Shown: one piece after another, positions 1-13,200 of the stretch
Layout of the letters: each line of letters opens with the position of its first letter
Numbering within the stretch: position 1 is the first letter of the stretch
Source: Octopus bimaculoides
Lineage: Eukaryota
Length of the DNA: 64,000 nucleotides
Direction of reading: 5' to 3'
Assembly: GCF_001194135.2 (NCBI RefSeq)
Contig: NC_068994.1
Coordinates: 20,544,274-20,608,273, forward strand
The notes under the pieces: generated by a model
The model's database searches: none
What the model saw: only the letters and a program-made list of their open reading frames with translations
What the model was told of the DNA's origin: nothing
Translations under genes and position numbers: made by a program

Positions 1-597
1 TATGTATGTATGTATATAAACCTCTGTTGATTCAGCTGAAGCAATAAATTACAGGACTCAATACAAATTTAGAGTATTCTTTTAATACATTATAACTGAA
101 AGGCTCCGATTTCCAGTACTAAGAGTTATTTGTTTCTGATCAATATCCTGCCACCTATATTATGGTATTCGAACCTCAAGGGTATGCCCTGCCACTTGCC
201 ACCATCTATATCTCTCTCTTCCTTTACTCAACCTTCCCATTTATATTCTGATCTCCATCCCTTGTGAGTATGCCCAGTATTTTGCCACCATCTCTATCCA
301 GCTGTTTCCCACTCTCTCTCTCTCTCTCTCTCTTTCTCCTCCACTTTCCTCAGGTTGGGTAACCATGTATTTCCTTTGTGGTAGCGCACTTGTTTCTACC
401 TTCATTCCTGATCTCTCTCTCTCTCTTTCTCCAGCTGGATAACCTTATACTTCCTCTACAGCAAGACACCTATTTCTGTCTTTCTGTTTCACTATAACCT
501 TTCATCATCTGATACAAGATCACTTTCTCCAATGCCCCTTTGCCTCTTGAAAGTCTTTTTTTTTTTTGTCTTGCAGGTGTTTGGTGACCCTATCAGT

Positions 598-898
598 GCA
601 GGTGCCACTTAAAAGCACCCAGTCCACACTGTAAAGTGGTTGGTGTTCAGAAGGGCATCCAGCTGTAAAAATCTTGCCAAAACTGATCTCACCTGTGCTT
701 GTGCCATGTAAAAAACACCAAGTTCACTCTGCTGAGTGCTTGGTGCTAGAAATCCAGCTGTAAAAATTCTGCCAAAAAAAATCACAGAAATCTGGTGCAG
801 GCTTCTGCCTGGCCAGCTCTCATGAAACCATCCCACCCATGCAAGCATGGAAGGTGGATGTTAAACAATGATGATGATCATCATCATCATCACCATCA
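598..898 (+). mobile_element. 3'-end fragment of the RTE-type LINE (or derived SINE)
   Basis: Shares TAAAAGCACCC, GAAGGGCATCCAGCTGTA, ACCCATGC and the (GAT)n tail with 940-2152. Confidence 0.8.
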
Positions 899-939
899 GC
901 TGGTAAACTGATGTATGTCTCATCTCCTTCAAATTAATT

Positions 940-2152
940 AATTTTCCAAACCCCTTCAGGTAGATGGCCCTGCTCAGTATGTAGAAAAGGAGTAGGTAGT
1001 AACTCTATAAGATGTACCCGGTGCAAGCTATGGACACATAAGAGGTGCAGCAACATCAAAGGCAGGTTAACTAGCAAGTTAGTTTTTGTTTGTGGCAGAT
1101 GTTCAGGTGCAATAAAGACTGCAAACAAACAGGAAACAACTTCTATCTCATTCCAGGGTGAAAAACTAGAGGTAGTCGATAGCTTCCGCTATCTGGGCGA
1201 CCAAGTTAGTAGTGGGGGTGGGTGCGCTGAAAGTGTAGCTGCTAGAATAAGAATAGCCTGGGCAAAGTTTAGAGAGCTCTTACCCCTGCTGGCGACAAAG
1301 GGACTCTCACTCAGAGTNNNNNNNNNNNNNNNNNNNNNNNNNNNNNNNNNNNNNNNNNNNNNNNNNNNNNNNNNNNNNNNNNNNNNNNNNNNNNNNNNNN
1401 NNNNNNNNNNNNNNNNNNNNNNNNNNNNNNNNNNNNNNNNNNNNNNNNNNNNNNNNNNNNNNNNNNNNNNNNNNNNNNNNNNNNNNNNNNNNNNNNNNNN
1501 NNNNNNNNNNNNNNNNNNNNNNNNNNNNNNNNNNNNNNNNNNNNNNNNNNNNNNNNNNNNNNNNNNNNNNNNNNNNNNNNNNNNNNNNNNNNNNNNNNNN
1601 NNNNNNNNNNNNNNNNNNNNNNNNNNNNNNNNNNNNNNNNNNNNNNNNNNNNNNNNNNNNNNNNNNNNNNNNNNNNNNNNNNNNNNNNNNNNNNNNNNNN
1701 NNNNNNNNNNNNNNNNNNNNNNNNNNNNNNNNNNNNNNNNNNNNNNNNNNNNNNNNNNNNNNNNNNNNNNNNNNNNNNNNNNNNNNNNNNNNNNNNNNCG
1801 GGTGGCACATGAGATGCACCATTTTGAGCGTGGCCGTTGCCAGTACCGCCTGACTGGCTCCTGTAGGATTTTCGAGCGAGATCGTTGCCAGTGCCCCTGG
1901 ACTGGCTTGTGCGGGTGGCACATAAAAGACACCATTTCGAGCGTGGCCGTTTTCGTGCGGGTGACACGTAAAAGCACCCACTACACTCTCTGAGTGGTTG
2001 GCGTTAGGAAGGGCATCCAGCTGTAGAAACTCTGCCAAATCAGACTGGAGCCTGGTGTTGCCATCCGGTTTCACCAGTCCTCAGTCAAATCGTCCAACCC
2101 ATGCTAGCATGGAAAGCGGACGTTAAACGATGATGATGATGATGATGATGAT
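940..2152 (+). mobile_element. RTE/RTEX-type LINE, 5'-truncated, young (N gap 1318-1798)
   Basis: 940-1317 is an open frame with a PHD-like finger CSVC..CTRC..HKRC..CGRC followed by RT motif VVDSFRYLGD. Then a GC-rich 3' UTR repeat array, a CCATGCTAGCATGG palindrome and a (GAT)n tail. Confidence 0.88.
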
Positions 2153-2568
2153 AATAATTATGTGATTATAGAGATGATTATATTTGTATTTTAATTATGA
2201 AAAGAGCTGTAGCATGTAGAATGAAATTTTGAAATATCACAGAGATATTTTCTCTTTGTTATTCTAAATATAAGAATTTATGTGTGAATATGTGTGTAAG
2301 TGTGAATTGAAAATGTGCTGCTTTTAGAGTCCTTAAGTCATAAGTTGTCATTTCTCGAAAGGAGGAAACTTTTATACTCATTTTCAAACAATTATCTATT
2401 CCATTATCAAAAAATTTTCAAAAAACAAAACACATTTCTACTCATTGTAGGATTAGATACCAGATCTTTTGAAAATGTACAAGGTTTAGGAGCTTCTTGT
2501 GATTCCTAGTGAAATATAACAATACAATAACATCGAAAAAATAATTGCAAAAAGGAATCAATTCTCAC

Positions 2569-2666
2569 TTGTCAGGTAAGTCCTTCACATTACCCTTATC
2601 AAGAACAAGATCCAGTCCCTTTTGAACAGCATTTTCCCAGTTCTTCTTTATGTTTTTCTTGATGTC
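2569..2666 (-). CDS. HPS1: HPS1 coding exon 9 (DIKKNIKKNWENAVQKGLDLVLDKGNVKDLPD)
   Basis: Acceptor tttaacaag|, donor AA|gtgaga, 98 nt, phase 0-2. IKKNWEN resembles human IQSTWLE. Confidence 0.75.
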
Positions 2667-4382
2667 CTTGTTAAAGAATGAAATAAGTTACTGAAGATTA
2701 ATGAAGTAGAGAAAATATTATATAAACATAAGCAATGCAATATTGGTTTCAAATTTTGGCACAAGGCCAGCAATTTTGGAGGAGGGGTAAGTCAATTATG
2801 CCACAGCAAGTTGGCTTTGTACTCTCCATTGATGGTGTGTTTTTTGAAGATAGTCAATAAACACAAAACCTTTTGCATCCCAAAAAACCGAGGCCATCAC
2901 CTACTCTACGGATGAAATGACCTTAGCCTTCTTTGGATCAGATAAGGAGGGATGTTTCTACTGCATGGATTGTCTTTTTGTCTCTGGCTCAAAGTGATGA
3001 ACCCAACAGTCATCCAGCTGGATCTGCCTCAAGCTATGTCATACCAAGTTCATGGTGCAGAATATTATCAACCCTCTCACAAGATATGCTAATAACACTG
3101 GACAGTTGATTTATAGCCACTTGCTTGTCAATTTATAATCAATTTATTGTCAATAGCATCACGATGTGGTGAACACAATGTTTTCCTTGGTGGTATTAAT
3201 GCATGCAAGATTTCACAGCTCTAGCATCGTTCCTTCATAGTCAGCCTATGAACTTTTCAGCTCAGCATCATAGGCTCAAAGCTAAAAACAATGTAACTGG
3301 CTTACAAATGGTGTCAGTAATTTGTTTTGTACCTACCATTAAAGTCTTTCACCTTTCTTTATAAATGATAGCAAATTGCTTGCATACAATATTTTTGATG
3401 GTCTCATAGAAGCCTTAAACTAAATGGATGCTATTTATTTACTGTTCAAAACTTAGCATGAAAGTGGTTTTGGTACACAAAAATTTGTTGCTATCAATCC
3501 CCATGCAATATGAAATCTATACGAAAGAAATGTTTAACAACATTAAGCAACTTTCCATCTCTATAAATTATAAGGTGGTGAGCAGGCAGAATCATCAGCA
3601 TGCAGGGCAAAATGCTTGGCAGCATTTCATCAGTCTTTATGTTATGAGTTCAAGTCCAACCATAGTCAACATTGGCTTTCGTCCTTTCAGGGTTGATAAA
3701 ATAAGTACCAGTAATTGACTTAACCTCTCCCCCGAAATTGCTGGCCTTGTGCCAAAATTTGAAATTAATATCTATAAATTACGACAATTATAGATGACAA
3801 ATTTGTAGTGATTTGAAAGTTGTGTGAGTTATGGTTGGAATGTAACAGCAACCTTGTTATAGAAAATACTAATACTTTTTATGTAAATGAGAAAAAAATC
3901 AGGTTTCATATCAAACCCAGAAAAAATAATCTAAAAGAAGTATAATTATAACTGAAAGATTTCAACTAATCTTTAAAAATAAAAATCAGAGTGAATTTTG
4001 TAATCTTTGCTTTGCTTGCTTTTGCTTTATGGGGCTGGGGTCATCCTGGGTTAGTGATTCCAGAGACATCATCATGTGTAGAGCTGACCAGATGCACCAG
4101 TACTCTTCATCATGGTGGTCCTGTGCCAGCCCCTCTGCATCCTTCAAGGTGATGTTGAGCCTCTAGACATCTTCCCCAATCACGTCGAGCCATCTGGTGT
4201 GGGGTCTGCCACAAGGCCTTTTCCAGCTCACAGCTGCGGCGTTGAATGAGAGTAAAGCCCTGGTAGGATGATCTAGCAGGAGACAGAGTACATGTCCATT
4301 TCAGTGCATACAACTGTTTTCATCTTAAATATATTTTGGCTGTTGACCAATGTTGTTGAAGCATGTCACCCTCCTAATGATA

Positions 4383-4429
<47 letters not shown>

Positions 4430-4557
4430 GTGAAGTTAATTTTGTACATGATGTTCTAAGATAAATAAATTCAAGCAAATGGAATGGCATTTGAACAAGT
4501 AATCCAGAGCCTTAGCTACACAGATGCCGCAACCATAAGTTCTTACATTCTTAAAAT

Positions 4558-4636
<79 letters not shown>

Positions 4637-7600
4637 AAAAAAGAAAGAAAAAAAGAAAGAAAGAAAGAAAGAAAAAAAGAAAGAAAGAAAGAAAGAAAAA
4701 AAGAAAGAAAGAAAGAAAGAAAGAAANNNNNNNNNNNNNNNNNNNNNNNNNNNNNNNNNNNNNNNNNNNNNNNNNNNNNNNNNNNNNNNNNNNNNNNNNN
4801 NNNNNNNNNNNNNNNNNNNNNNNNNNNNAAGGAAGGAAGGAAGGAAGGAAGGAAGGAAGGAAGGAAGGATAATTTTACTCACATTGTGACCTGCACGAGA
4901 ACCAGTGACTTTCTTTAACAACATATCCAGAACATCAAATGTATACTGGCAATCCCCTCGGACAAGTCGTTCTCCTCTGCTGCTCCCAGAAGTAATATCA
5001 TTGAGGAGATCATGTAGTTGGCAGATTAAACCAGATTGACTTGAATGGCATTGCTGGAAATTAGAATACAGCCAGTAGTTATGGGATCTCTTTAAGAAAA
5101 CCTTTCTCTGAAGTCATCATCTATGGTGACTCCAATGTTCTTGGCTTTTGCACTCATCACACACTGATGTTGCTTATACAAATATCAAATATTTTGTAAG
5201 CATTAACTCTTTACAACAATTAATGTTATCCCCTATACATATCTCTGACTGATACACATGGATACGCCAAACATCGTTCATCTCTTCCTCATCTCCAAAG
5301 GTCTCTGTACCTTTCAGCATGTTCTAACTCTATCATGACTACCCAACGAGCAACCAAAGTTATTATATTAATATAAAACTAGCAGTACTTGTGGAAATGC
5401 CATGGTAAATGAAAAATGTTTTCGATGGTTGGTAGTTTATATAAAACCATAAAAATTAGTGTTTCTTGTGAACTTGTATATTCAGCATGATTTTCATTTT
5501 AAAAATATTTCAGTTTTTCTGGATAAGGCTGATGGAGTGTGACTTTCCCATTTTCTCAGTAGTTCAGAGGTTCATTTATAAATCTAAGAGTTTCACATAT
5601 ATTTGCAGTCTTTTTCTTTACATTCTCTCTCATTTTCATTTTCTATTCTATCTGGAATACATTCTTTGTTGTAAATACTCATTGTATTCTCTTTGATTCA
5701 TATTTTCCCTTCTCTGCTACTGTTCCCATGCTTACTCTGGTGATTTAAACTTCTATTTCTCTTTACATCGTTGCTTATACCATCTTATTCTTTCTCTTGT
5801 TAGCTTATATCGCCTGTCATCCATATTCTATAAAAAATAACAATGTTCAAGCAAGCAGACAATAAATTACTTGACTAGTACTTATTTTACTAGCCTCGGA
5901 AAGATGAAAGGCAGAAATTTGGAATAAGTGGACAGTTGATTAGATTAACGATATATTAAGACCCACATCAAAAACTGGAAGGCTTAAATGATTCTGCTAA
6001 TCTACTGTTTATCTTGGGTTACATTAAATGAAAAAACATGCTTTGTATCAATGATAACAATATGACTTTGCTGCAACTGGGAAAGCAAATCAGTCATACA
6101 TCAGGAAATATTGTTAGGGTCTTTGTTAGTCAGTAAGAGATAGCATAAAAAATATATACAACAGTCTATTATACTCCTTTCATTCATATAATTGACCTTG
6201 TCTATTTAATCTTTCTGACTCCCTTCTAAGTAATACACGGTGCAGCATATATGAGGTGTCCACCTCTTGTCTTGGTCTCCAAATTTACACCCAAAATAAT
6301 ATTTATAGACAGTTTTTAATTTGGTGGCAATGTTCTTCTGCTGGTCACACAGAGCAAATTTTCCACATATATAACAAAAGTTATCTCAGTGATTCACACA
6401 GCTGTTCCTATTCATAATCTAAAACAATAAACACAATTAAAACAGTAATCATGCAGAGTAATATGTGACGACAATGCACACGATACTGAGAGTTACCAAG
6501 AACAAACTGATGTATCTGGCACTTGCACACAATACATCAGCGCCATCTACTGCTAAGCTAAATAATGAACTTTCTCATCGTTTGTTTTATTGCTGTTAAT
6601 TCTTTAATTTTGAATTAAGACTGTTTTCATTTTAGCAAATTTTATAATACAGCCTATATCGAGCTAAAAGTATAGTTATAATCTTGCACATGTGCATAAC
6701 TCAAAATCCTGACGTGCTAGAACAATTCTGAGTGTGGATTCAGAATCAGCATCCTCAATTTCATCTAAAACACATGCTTTTACCCCAGTAGCAAAATCTT
6801 TGTTGCCCTCTGTTATTGCACTTATGTGCACACATTAAGTGAAAGGCAATATAAAAAATTTAGTTCAATATAAAAAAAATACTACACTTCACACTATCCA
6901 TCACCATCTCCATCACCATCTCCACCACCATCATTATAGTTTTCAGCAACACAGCTCAGTCTAAGTTGTTTCCATCTCATTTCAGTTCAGTACAACTTTG
7001 TGAATTCAAATTCTTTTCTGTGAATCCATTATAAGGGAGCAGAAAAATACAGATAATTGCACAGACAATAATGAAAATGATAAAGATAACACCCCTAAGA
7101 AGAAGGCGTAAAAGCCCACAAGTTCTTACAAAAAGAAGTAGCATCTAAAATGTTGACAAATGAAAAATTTTCTCAAATGTTTCTGAAAATCAAGTAAAAT
7201 CACTTGTAGTTTGAGTCAAATTGAAAGACATGAATAGATTCGAATAGCATTAAAAAAATAAATAAATTTGATAAATAATATTTCAAAAGTAACAGAAACA
7301 TGAGCAATCCTCTATTTACATAGCACAGATAACAGCTTACCTCTAAAACAATAACCAAGACAATGCCAGGAATCACTTCTATACAGAACAATTGATGTGG
7401 AGTAAACAAACATGCAGAAGTATGTAAACACACAGGAATTGGTTTTATGGCAGTGTTAAATAGTTTTGATCTAGAACTTGTAGACTGACTGCTGGATTCA
7501 GTGGTTCCAGTATACTTCCTCGATTGTTTCTTGGCACTACTAGAAGCTAGTTTGGGTTCAGTGCTTGCCTAGAAAGATAAAAAGAAAGCATTCATATGGA

Positions 7601-10159
7601 ACTAATTTAATGGTTTTGTCTTGTAATAATCTTCATGACAGTTTTCATAAAAATTCCTGAAACAATAAAAGAAATGTATTATTTGATAGACAACTCAGCA
7701 GGATTAGTTGGAATTAATAAGAACTGTAATGGTTCAGAGGTTTGTATTGTGTTATAAAGGTAAAACAAATTTATCTGCATATGAGGAGGTACTCAAAAGT
7801 AATCAGAAATGTTCTCTGTGTGCCACTAGAAATCACTTGATGTGACCCTCAGGCATCAGTCTGTTGACTGGTGTCACCAAAGAAAGTTGTACTACCACAT
7901 GAACTGTCTTTGTTTTGCAGTGCTTCTCCTCTGTTCATCAATTTTTGTGATGGCTGAAACAAAGGAACAGTGTGCTTCCATGAAATTCTGCTTTCTGCTA
8001 AGTAAAATGGCAACCAAAACAGTTGTCATGCTTCAAACAGCTTACAAGGATACTGCAATGTGTGAAAACACAAGTTTGCGAGTGGTTTTCATGCTTTAGG
8101 AATAGTCACTTGTTGCTTGAAGACCAACCTTGTTCAGGGCAACTGGTGACCTCCCAAACAAATGAAAACATCATGAAAATTCATGAACTGATCTTGGAGG
8201 ATAATACCCACCCTCTCTATTCGCCTGATCCTACTCCCTACAACTTTTTTTTTGTTCACCAGAATGAAAAACGTCCTTAAAGGAAAACGTTTTGCAGATG
8301 TAGAAGAGGTGAAGGAAAAAATGACAGAGGTGTTAAGAGCCATCACTTCACCAGAGTTCTAGAACTGCTTTTGAACTGGGGGAAAATGCATCTGGACCAA
8401 TGCATTGCTTCAAATGGAGAATAATTTGAAGGCAATAAAAGTGTAAACGTGTAAAACTAAGTGATTAAAATAACATTACAAATTTCTGGTTTCTTTTGGC
8501 TACCCTCTCATACATTTAATGTTCAACCTAATTGATAGACAAATCTCAATCACTGCCTTACTCCCTGACTACTTGTTACTACCTCCTTATGATGTCAGCT
8601 ATTTTCATAAATGGAATGATAAAGATTACGTTTTTAGTAACATTAATCAAACTAAGGAAAGATCTGACTCACTGCTGAAGTTGGTAGAGACTTCATTTGT
8701 GTGCAGAGCTGACACATCCAGAGGAAGAAATAAACTCATGCAATGGGAAATCTATTATTTCTTGATTGTCACAAGTTTGGATGTCACTGAAAGTGACACA
8801 CATGTAGAAGGTAATAATCCAGTACATCCACAGCTCCATAAAGATGTGCTGATCTTTCAATATGGATGGAACTTGTGGAAGAGGGGGGGTTCAGGAAGGC
8901 ATGGGATGAGGTACTGAAGGACTAGCTCAGGACAATAAACCTTTCAGATGAGACGACAAAGGACCCAGATACCTGATGCCTTATTGTACCCAAGAAGACC
9001 TGTCCTCCACAACAGAAGTGCTAAGACCATTCCTCCTGATTAAGAGGATTGGCCTGCAAAAGCCCTGTGCTAGTGCCATGTAAAAAGCACTTGTGCCAGT
9101 GCCATGTAAAAGTGCTCATGCTGGTGTCACGTTAAAAGCACCCAGTACACACTGTAAAGTGGTTGGCATTAGGAAGGGCATCTAGCTGTAGAAACCAAGC
9201 CAAATCGAATTGGAAACTAGTGCAGCTTTCCAGCTTGCCATCTCTTGTCAAACTGTCCAACCCATGCCAGCATGGAAAACAGGCATTAAAGAATGATGAT
9301 GATGATGATGACAATGATGATGATGATTGAAAGTACCTAAGCTGATAGATAACAACCACTTTTCTTCGGGTGTTTGATATTACTAAGAACAGGGTGAAGG
9401 ATATTTCATTCTCTTGGGAGAAAAGGTGAGACATTGTCAATAAATTTAAAATAGTATGAATGCCAACAACACAGAAAAGAAAATCTCTTGCCATCCTTGA
9501 TAAAAATTGAATTCCTACAAAAATAAATTAGAAGAGTCCTAATCAAATTTAAGCTTGCTATTTGTTAAAAGAATTTTACCTGATAAAAAAAACTGTTAAA
9601 TTTTGATAATTAATGAACTACATTTATTGATTTCTCCAATTTAATCAAAATGAACCATTAGAATTCAGTTTTAGCATAAGATATGGTATAAAATAACTTA
9701 AGGCTGTAGATATTTTGATATTTGACTCCTCTGCAATAGCTGATAACAGAGTTTAGAATTATGAGTTATATAGTGCTCCTACTGCTTATATTGAAATGTA
9801 CTGCTCCATGGTACCTATTTGGAGTAGGATGGTCATAATCATTGAAAGATAATCAAGTAAAAAATTTCACCTAGTAACCACACCTTTGTGACAGAATTAC
9901 AGCCAATCAAGCTCTCTTTTATTCTGATGCCTACTCAACAGCAGATCAAAGGGCCACTGTTTATTGGGGTTTTTTTCTTGGCACAATGTCGAATGAATAT
10001 TGTAAAAGATTTAGAATCATGTGGTCTTACCACCAAAAGCATATTTGTTATGAAAAGTTCAACTATCCAGAGATCTTTTTAAAATTTGGCAGGAAAACAT
10101 GTAATGGCATTCTCTCTCTCTCTCTCTCTCACATACACACACACTCTCTCACACACTCA

Positions 10160-10209
<50 letters not shown>

Positions 10210-13200
10210 TCTCATGCTTTGTCTCACACATATTTAGTTAAAGGATGTTTTGTGAAAATAAAGACATACTTCTCAATCTGTTGCTCATACAGATATTTTC
10301 ATCTTGTCACAGCAAAACTTTATTATATGCAAACATGAAACTTTTTATGTTGAAAATACTGTTATTGCTTATTTGAGTTTTCTCCATTACTCTTATTATA
10401 TACTCAACATTTAGTCAGAATTCAATAACCCTAACCCTATTAGTGTTATTAAAAATTCGATATTTGAGCTTCTCTTGTCTTCCTTCATTTTTATTTTTTT
10501 CATCTCCATTTCCATTTGCATCATAACTTTTAACACTAAAGACCCTTCATTCATGTTTGATGTCATCATCATCCTTTAGCATTCATTCTCCACGCTGGCA
10601 TGGGTTGGATAACTCGACAGGAGTTGGCCAGCTAGAGAGCTGACCAACTAGAGAGCTGACCTGCCCAGCTCCATTTGTCTATTTTGGCATGGCTTCTATG
10701 GTTGGATGCCCTTCCTAAGGCCAACCACTTTACAGAGCGTACTAGGTGCTTTTTCGTGGCACCAGCATGGGCCCTTTTACATGGTACCAGCATGAATGCT
10801 TTTACATGGCACAGGCAGGGGTTCTTTTACATGGCACCAGCATGGGTACTTTTATGTAACACCAGTACCCACAAACCCACAAGACTAGGATCTTTCAGCT
10901 GAGAGAGGGATGCAGAGGGCATGCCTGAGTGCATGGACTGCTTTTTCATAAATCTCATATTATCCTGTCAATTTGTTTTCCTCTTTAATCTGTTTCTATT
11001 CAATGATTTTTTTCTTTTTTTAGTCTTCTCTCAGACTATGTTAATTTGATACTCTGATAAGGAATGGAAATGTCATATTATCAGTAGCAAAACAGTGTTA
11101 CTTTTCACACACAGAATTTCTTGACGGGAAAATTTTATCAGGCAAATGCAATTGCATGATGTATGCATATAATAAGAAGTATTAAAATGTCTAATACCCT
11201 TCCCCAGCATGGCCGCAGTCTAATGACTGAAACAAGTAAAAGATACAAAAGATATCCTCAATATTCCTTTTTGGTCAACTTCATAAACATGTATTGTCTA
11301 TTTTCAAAAGGGGAATTATTACACTGAGAACTGAATTTAGAAACTTTACTAGATGCTTATGATTACACTAATATTTTGTGGGTAATTGAGTTGTTGTCAG
11401 CTCTGTTTCAATTGAGATGTGCACAGAGGAAGAAAATTAGGCAGTTGGAGTCAGCCATAAGATTTTTCCATTCAAGATATGTCATATTTCAATCTACTTG
11501 TGATTATGCAACTATGCAGTATACTCTACCATGCAGTGCTTGATTGAGTGAGGTGTAGAGTAGTCATTAGATCATGCTGTGTCAATTTTGTCACAGTAAA
11601 GATGAGCAAAGTGGGCTTAATGTGAAAGCATTGTTTCTTCAGGATTCACAAGAGGGAGTCAGTAGTGGCACAGCACAGAGTTAGAATATAATATGGCCAA
11701 TAATAATGGAGATATTTTGGTTATGTGTGTTTTTGTATTTGTTCGGATTAGACAGAAATGAGATAGAATAGTATTGTGCTATTATGTTAGGATGTTTATG
11801 AGTGATTGGGTAAGTAGTCATGGAACTGTGTGGATGAGAGTTGATAACACACATGAATTGTGCTTCTCACATATCAATATATTTTAATGTCCATGGTTTG
11901 TTGCTGTAAACAGTTTAGAGACAAGGTGTGTATGCAACCTATTTTAAGTTGAAGTGTCCTACTGTAGAAGTTTATGGTTGTTGTTGTGTTGTTGTTGCCT
12001 AGCCCTGAGACAGTTTCCTAAATGAGGGCAGACCTATGATCAAAAACCATTCCAGCTATAGCCAAGCTGTCTTTTCTTTTGGAATAAGGAATCCCATACA
12101 TCATTATCCAACATATTTTTACGAGACATTGAGGGAGATTTGGCTGCTATTTCTAATATGTTAAGCAACCAGATAAATGCTCCTTAACTAGCTTGATATA
12201 TTGTTAGTAAACTAGAGTGGTGTTTTCCTTATTTTAGTTCAATGTCTTCAATTCATGTCAAGAAAATGATATTAAAGATATTTGATGAAGTCTAGAGGAT
12301 AAGCAAGAATGATGTAAGGTTTCAGAATTCTAGAAGAGATAAAAAAAATTGTGTTCAGGAACATTAGAAATGCAAGTAAAATTGAATCATTAAAGAAAAT
12401 ATGTAAATAGATCAAAAATATTTCCCCATATCATTTTGACGATATTTCATACAAATGTATCAGAGTAAAAAAAGTACACATACCTACCTCAATATTTGCT
12501 TTGTTGATATTATAAGAAATACTCTCAGAACTGATATTTTCATTATCCTCTTCAATACTGCTGCTACTATGCTGTACATCTACACAGAAAATGGATATAT
12601 TAATATGATAGATGGGTCTGTTAGCATATAGATAGACATACTACAAAGATATATTGACATATGGACATAACATGGAGCAAATCAGCTAGATAGATATATA
12701 AACAGACAGATAAATTTTCAAGACAAAATTAATCGGTTGGATATCTAACTGGATGATGGAGGAGCCATACTTTCTTTGACAGCCAAATATAGCAAGTTAA
12801 AGTATGACAAGTCTAGCATGCTGGAAATGTTGATTTATCTTTAACTTTTAGCTGAAGTTGCCAGAGCAAAGATGACTAAGTTAAACTTTTTATAGCATAA
12901 TCACACAAAACGTGTCAAAAACACAGGCACACATAATCGCATATTTGAAATAAGAAACAGATGAAAGTAACATGTTACAAACAGTGACAGTTCATAAATA
13001 AATATTTACACAAATAATTCATCCACATGATGAAAGAATTGCATATTGGTAGAGATGGGGGATATTTTCATTAACCCTTTTGTTACTATATTTATGTTTA
13101 AATACACTGCTTTTCTTTAAATTATTTTTGAAAATAATGAAGAAACTTGTAAAATAACTGTCATTATTAATCATATGTTTGGAAAACAATTAACAAGAAA

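Noticed and set aside
1189-1977. Long ORFs spanning N runs (also 16355-16950, 34777-35097, 50565-51228, 61044-61370)
   Set aside because: Their length comes from X codons in assembly gaps.
1799-1980. Regularly spaced GC-rich repeats resembling a CRISPR array (also 24190-24420, 50880-50997, 58940-59122)
   Set aside because: The spacers are not unique, there are no cas genes, and the context is eukaryotic. They are the tandem 3' UTR of the RTE family.
4439-4551. Candidate HPS1 exon NVRTYGCGICVAKALDYLFKCHSICLNLF
   Set aside because: Its polypyrimidine tract is just the (TTTC)n microsatellite, it has no good donor before the stop, and exons 8 and 9 already join in phase.
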